Below, piece by piece: positions 47,819 through 57,785 of a stretch of DNA of 64,000 nt (positions are counted from its first letter, which is position 1; each line of letters starts with the position of its first letter). The stretch is taken from contig CAVTHI010000001.1 in NCBI GenBank assembly GCA_963734525.1, positions 25,637 through 89,636 on the forward strand, written 5' to 3'. This DNA comes from an uncultured archaeon. Lineage in GTDB: Archaea; Micrarchaeota; Micrarchaeia; Anstonellales; Bilamarchaeaceae. A program made the translations under genes and the position numbers. Under the pieces are notes generated by a model. The model was not told the origin of the DNA, did no database searches, and was given only the letters and a program-made list of their open reading frames with translations.

Positions 47819-48544
47819 TCACTTCTTGAGCTTCAGCTCATGCGCTTCGGCTTTCCTGCCGCTTTGGGCCACGTCCCGCTCGATATTCCCGTCGCGGATG
47901 TGTATCGTCCGTTTCGCGTATTCCGCGACGAGCGGCTCGTGCGTGACTATCACCACCGTTTTCCCGTTGTCTTTCCAGAGGGAATATATGAAGTCCATGA
48001 CGTCCTTGCCGCTCGATGAATCGAGGTTTCCGGTGGGTTCGTCCGCAAGTATGATGTCCGGGTCGGTGGATAGGGCGCGCGCTATCGCTACGCGCTGCTT
48101 CTCGCCGCCGCTGAGCTGGGAAGGGAGGTTGTCCCATTTTGGCAGGAGGTGGACAAGGGACAGCATCTCCCGAACCTTCGATTCCCGCTTCGGGCGGTCC
48201 ATCTCCCGAAGAATCAGGGGAAGCTCCACGTTCTTGGCGACGCTCAGCGTCGGGGCCAGGTTGAATGACTGGAAGACGAAGCCGATTTTCTCGTTCCGGA
48301 TTATGGCGAGCCCGTCCCGGTCCATCCCGGACATCGCCTTGCCTGCGATAAGGACTTCGCCGCTCGTCGGCTTGTCCAGGAAGCCGAGGAAGTGGAGCAT
48401 TGTGCTCTTGCCCGAACCGGACGGGCCCATGATTGAGACGAATTCCCCTTCCTCGATGCTGAGGCTGACCCCCCGGAGGGCCTTGAAGCTGGTCTTTCCG
48501 GTCCTGTATTCCTTGACCACATCGCGCAGTTCGAGCATTGCCAT
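47819..48544 (-). CDS. ABC transporter ATP-binding protein (LolD/MacB type)
   Basis: GPSGSGKST, LSGGEKQR and DEPTGNLD motifs. Confidence 0.95.
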   Translation of the reverse strand: MAMLELRDVVKEYRTGKTSFKALRGVSLSIEEGEFVSIMGPSGSGKSTMLHFLGFLDKPTSGEVLIAGKAMSGMDRDGLAIIRNEKIGFVFQSFNLAPTLSVAKNVELPLILREMDRPKRESKVREMLSLVHLLPKWDNLPSQLSGGEKQRVAIARALSTDPDIILADEPTGNLDSSSGKDVMDFIYSLWKDNGKTVVIVTHEPLVAEYAKRTIHIRDGNIERDVAQSGRKAEAHELKLKK

Positions 48545-48771
48545 GCGTCAGACCTGTTTTCTCGCTGGAAGGGCCCCAGCACAAGCCCCCCGCACCGCTA
48601 TTGCCGGCACGGCGGGCCCCGGAACGGCTGCGGCGCGGCGAGGGTGAGCGGGGGCTGGCCTATGAGACTGGTCCCGATTGAATCGGGCGAAAGGCCGCCC
48701 CCACTCTGTCCTGGCCGGGGATTGCGCGTCCGATGCCATAACGGATGCGCGGCATCCCCGCGGACAAGCCA

Positions 48772-49392
48772 TCAGGAAACCACCGAAGAGTTCGTCATCC
48801 ACCCCCCGGGCCCAGGAATCGGAGGCCTGCCGAAGCGCCGCGGGCCGAACGCATGGCCGGAATCCTTGAAGGATTCGAAGGCGCTGCGCAGGTCTTCGAG
48901 CGAGGACAGCGCCGTCGCGTAATCCCCGGAGGATATCGAGTCCCGTATTTCGTCCATGAAGGTGATGATGCCTCCCGCACGGCCCGCCGCTCCCCTGCCG
49001 GTTCCATCCTCCGGTTTCTCTGGGAGGGAGCAGTATTCTTCCCTCAGCGACTTCACGGTCTCGAAGTCCTTGTCAGCCAGAGCCTGTGCGAACTGCCCGC
49101 GGACGTCGTCCGTGATATTCTCATTGGGACAAAGGACGCCAGCCCTTCCGAAGCGGGCATTGGCCCCGAACCCGCACGGGGGCATGCGTTCACGGAGAGG
49201 GCAGTATTCGCCCATAAGCGCCTTCAGGGCGGCCGTGTCATTATCGGCCCTCGCCTGGGCAATCTGTTCCCGGACATCGTCCGTCAGGTTAGCGCCGGGG
49301 CATGCCGGGAATCCCTGGGCGAACACCGTTCCGGAGAACAGCAAAACGAGTGCAATTCCGAACAACGATTTTGTTCCATCCAATCCAATCAC
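48772..49392 (-). CDS. Secreted hypothetical protein with two Cys-bounded helical repeats; may extend to 48548 through an indel
   Basis: Signal peptide; CPGANLTDDVREQ..EYCP and CPNENITDDVRGQ..EYCS. Confidence 0.65.
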   Translation of the reverse strand: MIGLDGTKSLFGIALVLLFSGTVFAQGFPACPGANLTDDVREQIAQARADNDTAALKALMGEYCPLRERMPPCGFGANARFGRAGVLCPNENITDDVRGQFAQALADKDFETVKSLREEYCSLPEKPEDGTGRGAAGRAGGIITFMDEIRDSISSGDYATALSSLEDLRSAFESFKDSGHAFGPRRFGRPPIPGPGGWMTNSSVVS

Positions 49393-49466
49393 CGGATTGG
49401 ACCGGGAACGGTTTTTTTATTTATAGATTTACCGAAATAACCCCCAAATTACGCCGCAATATGCCC

Positions 49467-49910
49467 TCATTTGGAGCTCACCCAGACAAGGATGCCGAGC
49501 GAAATCGTCGCAAACAGGTACGGCACGCTCTGGAACAGGCCGTCCCTCCCGTAAACGCCGAAGAAGACGTGCAGCAGGGGATTGGCAGCCACGGCAAAGA
49601 GCATGAACGAGAAGACGGCGAGAAGGAGCCCGAGGGTGAACCCGCTTTTGAGCTGGAGGTAGTCCTTCAGGTAGATGAAGAACAGGTAGAACGAGAGGAT
49701 GAGCATCGCGACGGACAGGACGGTGTGCGTGAGGAACACGGCCTGGAACATGTTGGGCGGCGCTTCGCGCGGGGGGATGTCGCCGGGCTCGAACTGCCGG
49801 AACGGCAGCGCCGCATTGGCGGCGAGCAGGAAGCCCGCTGAAATCAGCAAGGCCAGCACCGCCCCGAAAAACGCCTTCATTGTGAGGTTATTTTCTTCTC
49901 TTTTTTCCAT
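49467..49910 (-). CDS. Membrane protein co-transcribed with the ArsR regulator
   Basis: Four TMs; YLKDYLQLKSGFTLGL. Confidence 0.75.
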   Translation of the reverse strand: MEKREENNLTMKAFFGAVLALLISAGFLLAANAALPFRQFEPGDIPPREAPPNMFQAVFLTHTVLSVAMLILSFYLFFIYLKDYLQLKSGFTLGLLLAVFSFMLFAVAANPLLHVFFGVYGRDGLFQSVPYLFATISLGILVWVSSK

Positions 49911-50190
49911 CCATATCACCCACGAGCAAATCCTTCAGATAAGCGTTATCATCCCATTCCGGGCTCAGGAAATACACCGAACCGTATTTCTTCTTCGGCG
50001 TCTCCAGAATCCCGTTTTCGACAAGCAGCTCCACATGGCCCTGGACCGTCTTGTAGTCCATGGCGAGCGCAATCGAGAGCTGGCGGATATTCTCCGGCTT
50101 TTCCGATACGGCCCTGAGGATGCGTAGCCTCGTCGGTCCGCCTCTCGAAGCGTTGAGGAGCCAATAAAGCAGGCGTGTCTTTGAATCCAT
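49888..50190 (-). CDS. ArsR-type winged-helix transcriptional regulator
   Basis: LLYWLLNASRGGPTRLRIL...MDYKTVQGHVELL..YG. Confidence 0.88.
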   Translation of the reverse strand: MDSKTRLLYWLLNASRGGPTRLRILRAVSEKPENIRQLSIALAMDYKTVQGHVELLVENGILETPKKKYGSVYFLSPEWDDNAYLKDLLVGDMDGKKRRK

Positions 50191-50353
50191 CCCGTATCAG
50201 CGCGAAAAAAGATTAGTCCGCCAGGAGAGCATGGATTTTCCGGATTTATATATTTTCCCCCAAATCGGGGGGCCGGAGGATGGCGGCGGGGGGAATGCGG
50301 CGGCGCATGCCGGAATCAAGAAGCATTAAAATGCCCATCGGGCAAGCGGTATC

Positions 50354-50857
50354 ATGAAAGCCGTCTTAGCGCTCATCCTCATCGCCGCCCTCGCGGCGGC
50401 AGCGCCGTCGCCCCCGGAAGTCATCGTCAACAACAGGACGATGGAATGCTCGCCATACAATGCGGGCGACGAATGCACGCGTTGCGCCATCCCTGACGGC
50501 TGGACGAGCCTCGGATACGGCACGGTGGAATGCCCGCAGGGATACGCTGAAACCAGGGCACCAATAGTATGCACGCCCGCGGTGAACGAAAGATGCTGCA
50601 GCGAGGGCCACAGCGGGGCCAATGGGGATTGCGGGAAGATGATTATCAACCGGCGGACGAAACAGTGCGTTTTCGCGAACGGAACGGCGCCCTCTGGATG
50701 GGAGGGGGAAGCGAATGGCACGGAATCATGGCAATGCCCCGAAGGGTACACGTGGGCGGAAAACACCGGCCCCTGCCCAGTTCCTTTCATCGTGGCATCC
50801 GGCGCCCTCGTCATCTTGCTCGTAAGGAGCACGGGATGCCCTTGTCCTAAAAAATGA
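50354..50857 (+). CDS. Secreted Cys-rich protein with C-terminal TM
   Basis: Signal peptide; two NxxTxxC...CPxGY modules. Confidence 0.7.
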   Translation: MKAVLALILIAALAAAAPSPPEVIVNNRTMECSPYNAGDECTRCAIPDGWTSLGYGTVECPQGYAETRAPIVCTPAVNERCCSEGHSGANGDCGKMIINRRTKQCVFANGTAPSGWEGEANGTESWQCPEGYTWAENTGPCPVPFIVASGALVILLVRSTGCPCPKK

Positions 50858-50917
50858 ATACCAGCCGGACGCATTCCGGGAACCGCATGAAGATACGGAA
50901 TTTCGTGCTCTGCCTTT

Positions 50918-51784
50918 TTAGAGGACGGAATCCACCGCATCGCGGCATTCCCGGACCATATCCTCGATATATGCATCGGAACGCGACTGGACCAAAGGCA
51001 GGAACAGCCTGTGGAATGCGATTTCCTTCCGCATCAATTCGGTGAGAGACGGCTCGTCGGGCGGGGAAGGGCTGAGAAGGCGTATCAAAGCCTCGTCATA
51101 GAAAGGAAGCGGGTCGTCCGGCTGGATATGCACGTTGATGTCCAGCCCGGGCCATTGGACGCCTGCCAGGTTCCTGTGATTGGAGCCCTGAAGAACGACG
51201 ACTTCGTCTACGGAATCTGAAAGGGCCGCCGTTTGCCCTATCAGCAGCATATCCCTGGCGACCACTGCACGGGCCATGAAACGTATGCTGTCGGCCAGGC
51301 ATCTTATTCCGGTTGATTCGTCACCGTCTTGGAATGCCGCCAGATAACCCCGGTTCTTCCAGTAGAACGATTCCAGCGTGAGGAGCTGCGCTTCCTCGCA
51401 GGTGGCTGAGAACCCGAGGACTATTCTCCCGGGAGTTTCCCTGTTTTCGTCGATTATCCTTTCCGTGACGGCAAATGGCGACATAATGCCCCGTGAATCA
51501 TCCATACCATGCTTGACCCGGCCGGCCAGGAAAAGGAGGTACTTCCGGTATTCCCGCGTCTGGCCGGCAAGGGATGACCTCAGGGCGTTATCCGCGCGGA
51601 TGGAATCGCCTTGCAGGGCCAGGTCGTTCCCTGTGAAATTATCCTCCAGTATGACGCCGAATCTCCCGGACGGATTCCCCGATAGGATTTGGGAAAGAGC
51701 CCCGGACGAGAACGCCTCCCCGAGGGTTCGCCCGCGAGCCCGTGAATCGGGGTGCTTGGCCAAAATGAGATGGACTGGTTTCAT
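50918..51784 (-). CDS. Hypothetical protein
   Basis: 288-aa ORF with AT-rich promoter upstream. Confidence 0.6.
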   Translation of the reverse strand: MKPVHLILAKHPDSRARGRTLGEAFSSGALSQILSGNPSGRFGVILEDNFTGNDLALQGDSIRADNALRSSLAGQTREYRKYLLFLAGRVKHGMDDSRGIMSPFAVTERIIDENRETPGRIVLGFSATCEEAQLLTLESFYWKNRGYLAAFQDGDESTGIRCLADSIRFMARAVVARDMLLIGQTAALSDSVDEVVVLQGSNHRNLAGVQWPGLDINVHIQPDDPLPFYDEALIRLLSPSPPDEPSLTELMRKEIAFHRLFLPLVQSRSDAYIEDMVRECRDAVDSVL

Positions 51785-51885
51785 CGATTATTCATTTGAT
51801 GTTATATTTTATTAATATATCTGGATGAGTGGCATGCCCAATAATAAACCCGTCGGAGAAGGGGGTATAGGTCTTTATTATGGGA

Positions 51886-52038
51886 ATGAGCAAAAAAGAC
51901 TTGTCACGGAAGAAGGCTAATATCAAGGCGAGAATCGAGGACCTCGAGAAAAAGGCCAAGATGGACCCACTTAAGAAGAACAAGTCGCTCCACGGCGAAC
52001 TCGACGACTTGAGGAAGAAGCTCGCCGAAGATGATTGA
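51886..52038 (+). CDS. Small charged helical protein (50 aa) missing from the ORF track
   Basis: MSKKDLSRKKANIKARIEDLEKKAKMDPLKKNKSLHGELDDLRKKLAEDD*. Confidence 0.7.
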   Translation: MSKKDLSRKKANIKARIEDLEKKAKMDPLKKNKSLHGELDDLRKKLAEDD

Positions 52039-52114
52039 AGCGCACCGCGGGACGGGAGCGCCCCTGCGGGGGCATCCGGCAGGGATAAAAGAGCGTCCCT
52101 GCATAGATACCCTC

Positions 52115-52240
52115 ATGGGGGAGTGTTTCCTCTGCCAGGGGCAGAATGAGACCAGAAAGGTCTACATGGGAAGCGCGAGAGGTTTTGCCGACCTTTGCAT
52201 CGACTGCGTAATCAAATTCTATAAGATCAAGACGGAGTAG
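52115..52240 (+). CDS. Small zinc-finger protein (41 aa)
   Basis: MGECFLC...LCIDC. Confidence 0.55.
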   Translation: MGECFLCQGQNETRKVYMGSARGFADLCIDCVIKFYKIKTE

Positions 52241-52328
52241 TCGGAAGGCGGGCGGACAATCCTGCGCGAATGCCACGATGCGTGCTGGGCATAAGAAGGC
52301 ATTTTAACGTTCCCTGCACAATCCCCGC

Positions 52329-52913
52329 ATGGCCGGTTTCATCGAAGCGTTCGTCCTACTTCTGGGAATCATCGACCCGCTGGCCAGCCTCGGCGCGTTC
52401 CTCTCCCTTACGAAGGGGATGGCGGACAAGGAGAAGCTCAGGATTGCGCACAAGGCAGTCCTCGTGGCTGCGGCGGTGTTCTTCATCTTCGCGATAGGCG
52501 GCCAGCCGATACTCGACATCCTCGGGGTGAACATCCATGCGTTTCGGGCCGCGGGCGGGATAATACTCGTGCTGCTCGGCATCCAGATGGGCCTCGGGAT
52601 TTCCTTCCCGAAGGGGAAGGAGGAGATAAGCGAGGTCGCGGTAGTCATCGGCACCCCGATGATTTGCGGGCCTGCGACAATCACGACCACAATCATCCTT
52701 ACAAGCGAAACCGGGACGACGCTCACGATGATGGCCGGGGCTATGGTCCTGATTATCACGCTCGGCGTGCTCGTGCTCTCATCGCGCCTGACGAAGATTG
52801 TCGGGAGGAGCGGGCTCCAAATCATGTCCACGATGATGGGGATAATCACGATGGCCTGGGGCATCCAGTACCTGCTGAGCGGGATAGCCGCGTTCGGCGC
52901 GGTCACGGGATGA
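52329..52913 (+). CDS. MarC family membrane protein
   Basis: IIDPL, FRAAGGIIL and GTPMICGPA motifs. Confidence 0.9.
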   Translation: MAGFIEAFVLLLGIIDPLASLGAFLSLTKGMADKEKLRIAHKAVLVAAAVFFIFAIGGQPILDILGVNIHAFRAAGGIILVLLGIQMGLGISFPKGKEEISEVAVVIGTPMICGPATITTTIILTSETGTTLTMMAGAMVLIITLGVLVLSSRLTKIVGRSGLQIMSTMMGIITMAWGIQYLLSGIAAFGAVTG

Positions 52914-52993
52914 GCGGAAAAAACGAGAGGATAAAAAAAGGAAGAGAAGTCAAGGATGAGACGTTAAATGATGAAAGAGAGATGGAGTATATC

Positions 52994-53116
52994 TTAGTAA
53001 TACCGGGCCATCTGCCTTCTCGCCCTTCTTCCGCGCCGCGCCCTCCGGAACGCGCGCATCATGTAATTGTCTATCTCCCCCAGCAGTTCAAGGTCTTCAT
53101 AGCTCAGGCCAATCAT
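52994..53116 (-). CDS. Small Arg-rich hypothetical protein
   Basis: MIGLSYEDLELLGEIDNYMMRAFRRARRGRRARRQMARYY. Confidence 0.4.
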   Translation of the reverse strand: MIGLSYEDLELLGEIDNYMMRAFRRARRGRRARRQMARYY

Positions 53117-53231
53117 GCAAACACCGCAAATGCGGGCTGATTCGCGCATAAAGAGCGTTTCGCTGCATAGCGCATTTCCGCGGAATGCGCGGGATTTTAT
53201 CCTTTCAAGCGGAAGGGTGGTGGGGATACGC

Positions 53232-53654
53232 ATGGATACGGAAACAATCATACGGAACGCGAAGACCGTCGCGGTCGTCGGGCTGTCTGACAGGCCCGAG
53301 AGGCCGAGCTACGATGTCGCAAGCTACCTGCTCGGAAAGGGCTACCGGATAATACCGGTGAACCCGAACCTGAAGGAGTGGAAGGGCATCAGGGCGTACG
53401 GCTCGCTAAGCGAAATCCCGAAAAACGTCCATGTGGATGTCGTCGACATTTTCAGGAAAAGCGAGGACGTGCCCCCGGTCGTCGACGATGCGATTGCCAT
53501 ACGCGCCAAAGCCGTGTGGATGCAGCTTGGAATCGTGAATGAGGCGGCGGCGCAGAAGGCGAGGAGCGCCGGGCTTGAAGTCGTCATGGACAGGTGCATG
53601 AAAATCGAGCATATGAAAATGTCCGGAAAGGGCCCGGATGATGCGAATCGCTAG
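53232..53654 (+). CDS. CoA-binding protein (YccU-like)
   Basis: VAVVGLS..RPS, PVNP, VDIFR, WMQLG and DRC motifs. Confidence 0.92.
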   Translation: MDTETIIRNAKTVAVVGLSDRPERPSYDVASYLLGKGYRIIPVNPNLKEWKGIRAYGSLSEIPKNVHVDVVDIFRKSEDVPPVVDDAIAIRAKAVWMQLGIVNEAAAQKARSAGLEVVMDRCMKIEHMKMSGKGPDDANR

Positions 53655-54676
53655 CCGTCGATGAGGCCCCAGAACACCCAGTCGAACAGTTTCCGCCTTA
53701 CCCTGCCATTCGGGTTCTTCAGCACCCAATCCAGCATCCAGCAGAACGGGAGGAGGGGGTTGGTGAACAGGTGGAACAGCCGGACCTGCCAGATGTGCGC
53801 GTCCGCCATCCGCTTCATCATCGCCCGGCCTTCCGGCTTCCCGAGTATGTGCTTGGCGACTCCTTCGCCGCTCATCATCGCGTAAGCCATGCCTTCGGTG
53901 GTCAGCGGGTTCAGGAACCCGCCTGCATCGCCCACCAGGTAAATGTTGCCGAACTCCCAGCCCCTGTAATCCGCATTGCCCCGCATCGCCTCGGTCTTGA
54001 GGCGCGATGTGTCGATGCCGAACGTCTTCCCGGCCCAGGCCTTCGCCTTCGCCGCGAGCTTATGGTCGAACTCGCCGCGCCAGGCCATGCCGGCCATGGT
54101 CTTGTCGCGGTTCTTCGACATCATGTAGCCGTACGAGCCGGGCAGCGTCTTCGGGAGCCAGTACATCTGGAATTCCGTGCACGGCCTGTCGATGATGCAG
54201 TGGAACGCCCAGCCGGAGATGTTTTTCGAGGGGAGGCCAAGGTGCGCGCGGACGGATGAGAACGAGCCGTCGGCCCCTACAAGGTGGCGGTATCCGTAGC
54301 GCCCTTTCGGAGTCTCGACGAACTCCGGGGTGATTCGTGTCACGGGCTCGGAGAATTTGACACTCGCGTCGCACAATGATTTGAGGTGGTTCTCGATTTC
54401 AGGGCGCCCCACGGTATGGAGGTAGGGCCTGCCGAGCCTTACGACCGTTTTCGTCGTGTCCGTGCCCACGTGGATTTCAGTCCACGGGCGGCCGCGGTCG
54501 AAGCCGGGGGGCGTCCTGACCTTGGACGAGATTTCGCCAGAGCAGATTTTCCTCCCGAGCCGGTCGTTCTTTTCGAGGACGAGGACGCGCAGCCCGGAAC
54601 CGGCGAGATGCCTTGCGCATGAGAGCCCGCCCGGGCCCGCACCCACAATCACTACGTCATATGGCTCGGAGTCCAT
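53651..54676 (-). CDS. Geranylgeranyl reductase-like FAD-dependent oxidoreductase
   Basis: VGAGPGG, GADG and GDAGGFLNPLTTEG motifs. Confidence 0.88.
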   Translation of the reverse strand: MDSEPYDVVIVGAGPGGLSCARHLAGSGLRVLVLEKNDRLGRKICSGEISSKVRTPPGFDRGRPWTEIHVGTDTTKTVVRLGRPYLHTVGRPEIENHLKSLCDASVKFSEPVTRITPEFVETPKGRYGYRHLVGADGSFSSVRAHLGLPSKNISGWAFHCIIDRPCTEFQMYWLPKTLPGSYGYMMSKNRDKTMAGMAWRGEFDHKLAAKAKAWAGKTFGIDTSRLKTEAMRGNADYRGWEFGNIYLVGDAGGFLNPLTTEGMAYAMMSGEGVAKHILGKPEGRAMMKRMADAHIWQVRLFHLFTNPLLPFCWMLDWVLKNPNGRVRRKLFDWVFWGLIDG

Positions 54677-54768
54677 GGACTAAATGGATATTCGGAAGTG
54701 ATTTTAAGGCATTTTACACAATATGGATGTTGACGCCCCAGCCTGGAGAAGGTGGATTGGGCGGGGAA

Positions 54769-55569
54769 ATGGTTGAAATGCCAAAGGAAGCATTCGGCGG
54801 AGGCGACGACAGCTCAGGCCCAGCCCCGGATAAGAAGAAAATCGGCCTCAGCAAGTACGGCCTGTCCCCGGACGCCAACATCCGAGACGTGTTCTGGAGG
54901 ATAATGGGCGCATACGCGGCGACGAAGAAGCCCGGTCAGGAGCTCTCGTCGCTTGAAAACGACAGGTTCGCGCTCATGAGGGTGGCGATATCCGCCCTTT
55001 CGAGCCAGCATGGCGAGCGATACGGCCTTTCCCCGAAATTCATCGCGATTTATTCCCTCATGATGATTATCGACGGGGGATGGAACGACGTATTTTCCGA
55101 ATACCTGGAGACTTCATGCGAGAAGAAGCTCGGCATCAAGAAGGACGTCTCCTCGGCATTGAAGAAGCTGCTCCCCCAGGAGAGGTACGGGAAGGCGGTC
55201 AGCGAGAGCCTCGGCGCGATGGTGCGCGGGCGTGAGACCAGCGCGGCCGCCCTCGAATTCATCGCGGACATGGAAAGCGATGACATCGTGCTGGCCCTGA
55301 AGAAGGAGCTCATGATAATAGCCCGCGGGGACATCGGGCAGAACCAGCTCAACGCTATTAAAGCGATAGCGCTCATAAAAGATGACGAGGAGATACGGAA
55401 GTCCATAATCATCCTGCTTTCGCACTGGGATGCGCAGGCGAGGCTCGCAGCCGCGGAGGCCTTGCTGGGGATGTGCGACAATCCGGAAGTGAAGGCCGCG
55501 GCCGCAAAGAGGCTCGAGGCCGAAAGGGACGAGGAGATAATTAAACTGCTCAGGAGGATTGCATCATGA
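54769..55569 (+). CDS. HEAT-repeat-like helical protein
   Basis: C-terminal DAQARLAAAEAL; coupled to the KH gene. Confidence 0.7.
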   Translation: MVEMPKEAFGGGDDSSGPAPDKKKIGLSKYGLSPDANIRDVFWRIMGAYAATKKPGQELSSLENDRFALMRVAISALSSQHGERYGLSPKFIAIYSLMMIIDGGWNDVFSEYLETSCEKKLGIKKDVSSALKKLLPQERYGKAVSESLGAMVRGRETSAAALEFIADMESDDIVLALKKELMIIARGDIGQNQLNAIKAIALIKDDEEIRKSIIILLSHWDAQARLAAAEALLGMCDNPEVKAAAAKRLEAERDEEIIKLLRRIAS

Positions 55570-56093
55570 CGGATTTTGTTAGGATACCCTCCGAGAGGGT
55601 CAAGGTGCTGGTCGGGAAGGACGAGGCGACCAAGAAGAGGATAGAGAAGAAATGCAATGTCGAGCTCATCGTGGATTCCGAAGGGGAAGTCGAGATAATC
55701 GGCGACCCGGCCGACGTCTTCTTCGTCCATGACATCGTGAAGGCCATAGGGAGGGGCTTTCCGCCCGAAACCGCCCTGAAGCTCCTCGGGAACGATTACG
55801 GGCTGTACGTCATCCCCCTCAAGGAGATCGTGCACTCCGAGAACGCGCTGACCAGGCTCAAGGGGAGGGTCATCGGTGAAAATGGGAAGATTAAATACGC
55901 CATCGAGGACGCCACCGACTCGTACGTGAGCATATACGGGAATACGATAGCGATAATCGCGAAAATCGACACGATGGAATACGCCAAGGAGGCCATCGGC
56001 CTGCTTATTGACGGCGCGCGCCATACCAGCGTCCTCGGCTACCTCGCCAAGGCGAAGCGGGAGATACTCGAATCGCGCCTCAAAGGGCGCTGA
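55566..56093 (+). CDS. KH-domain RNA-processing protein (Pno1/Dim2-like)
   Basis: AIGRGF and KGRVIGENG; two KH domains. Confidence 0.9.
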   Translation: MTDFVRIPSERVKVLVGKDEATKKRIEKKCNVELIVDSEGEVEIIGDPADVFFVHDIVKAIGRGFPPETALKLLGNDYGLYVIPLKEIVHSENALTRLKGRVIGENGKIKYAIEDATDSYVSIYGNTIAIIAKIDTMEYAKEAIGLLIDGARHTSVLGYLAKAKREILESRLKGR

Positions 56094-56159
56094 ACGCGCC
56101 GCAAGCTATTAATAGCTGCATTCCGATTAGTCGAAATAATACCCATGCCAGGTGATAGA

Positions 56160-57785
56160 ATGGCTGACGACGACATTTTCAAGCAGTTCAAGGAGCATTC
56201 AATCGCCGAATTCTTCAAGAAGAACAGGCAGATGCTCGGGTTTTCCGGGAAAGTCCGCTCGATGACGATAATCGTCCACGAGATAGTCACGAACTCGCTC
56301 GACGCGTGCGAGGAAGCGGGCATACTGCCCGAGCTTTTCGTGCAGGTCGAGGAGCTGGACAAGGAGAAGGAGCATTACCGGCTCACGATAAGGGACAACG
56401 GCCCGGGCATCCCGAAGACGCACCTCGGCAAGGCGCTCGGCCAGATGCTCGCGGGCACGAAGTTCCACCGCTACATCCAGCAGAGGGGCCAGCAGGGAAT
56501 CGGCGCGGCCGCGTGCACCATGTTCTCGTATCTCACGACCGGCCAGCCCACCAAGGCCATATCGTGCCACAAGGGAAGGAAAATCACCGCCTCGATAGGC
56601 ATCGACTTCAAGCAGAACAAGCCCGTGCTGGACGTCGTCGAGGATGCGGACGCGATGGACGAGACGGGCCTCAGCTTCATATCGGAATTCAAGGACGTCC
56701 GCTATGAAAGGAGCAATTACGGCGTTTACGAATACCTCAGGAGGACCGCGCTCGCGAACCCGCACTGCGCCATCACGCTCATCGAGCCCAACAACGAGAG
56801 GACGGTGTTCCCCCGCTCGGTCCTGGTGAACCCGGCAAGGCCCAGCGAGATTAAGCCGCATCCGCTCGGCATCGGGACGCACGACCTTTTGGAATTCGCC
56901 AGGCATAACAAGGAGAACCGCAGGCTCTCGTCGTTCCTCCAGGAGACGTTCTCCAGGGTGAGCGCGGGCAAAATCGACGAGCTGAGGGCGCTCCTCCCGG
57001 ACATGGACCTCAACAAGAACCCGCAGGACATGACCTGGGAGGAGGCCGAGGCGATGGTCAAGGCATTCGCGTCGGTGAAGTGGATAGCCCCGGCAACGGA
57101 TTCGCTCGTCCCGATAGGCAGGGAGCAGGTCGAGGTCTCGTTCCGGAACATATTCAACCCCGAAGTCCTCGTGGTCACCGAAAGGAGCCCCAAGGTGTAC
57201 CGGGGCGGAATCCCGTTCATGGTCGAGGTGGGGATAGCCTACGGAGGCGGCGTGGCCGCGGCCGGGAAGAAGGGCGAGGTCATGAGGTTCGCGAACCGCG
57301 TCCCCCTGCTTTTCGACTCGGGCGGATGCGCCATCACCGAGACCATCAAGACCATGGACTGGAAGAGGTACGACGTGAAGGATTTCGAGGATGAGCCGAT
57401 AGCTGTCCTCGTGAACCTCATCAGCGTCCATGTCCCGTACACGAGCGCGGGCAAGCAGGCCGTCTCGCCCGAGGAGGACGTGATGGACGAAATCAAGTTC
57501 GCCATAATGGAGGCCTCGCGCGGCGTCCAGAAATACCTTTCAGGGAAAAGGAAGGCGCACGAAATCGCCAACAAGAAGAAGGTCGTGAGCAGGTACATCC
57601 AGCAGCTTTCAGGGGACATGGCCAGCTTGACCGGCGAGAAGAAGGCCGAAATCGAAAAAGCGCTCACGAAAATCATCGAGGACAAATACGCCCAGGACGA
57701 GATGGAGGCCGAGGAGACGACGGAAAAGGACCCGGAGCCGGACACCGGAATCGGGAAAACGGATGAAGGAGGCGAGGAAGAATGA
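56160..57785 (+). CDS. top6B: DNA topoisomerase VI subunit B
   Basis: EIVTNSLDACEE, DNGPGI, RGQQGIG, RFANRVPLL and VPYTSAGK motifs. Confidence 0.96.
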   Translation: MADDDIFKQFKEHSIAEFFKKNRQMLGFSGKVRSMTIIVHEIVTNSLDACEEAGILPELFVQVEELDKEKEHYRLTIRDNGPGIPKTHLGKALGQMLAGTKFHRYIQQRGQQGIGAAACTMFSYLTTGQPTKAISCHKGRKITASIGIDFKQNKPVLDVVEDADAMDETGLSFISEFKDVRYERSNYGVYEYLRRTALANPHCAITLIEPNNERTVFPRSVLVNPARPSEIKPHPLGIGTHDLLEFARHNKENRRLSSFLQETFSRVSAGKIDELRALLPDMDLNKNPQDMTWEEAEAMVKAFASVKWIAPATDSLVPIGREQVEVSFRNIFNPEVLVVTERSPKVYRGGIPFMVEVGIAYGGGVAAAGKKGEVMRFANRVPLLFDSGGCAITETIKTMDWKRYDVKDFEDEPIAVLVNLISVHVPYTSAGKQAVSPEEDVMDEIKFAIMEASRGVQKYLSGKRKAHEIANKKKVVSRYIQQLSGDMASLTGEKKAEIEKALTKIIEDKYAQDEMEAEETTEKDPEPDTGIGKTDEGGEEE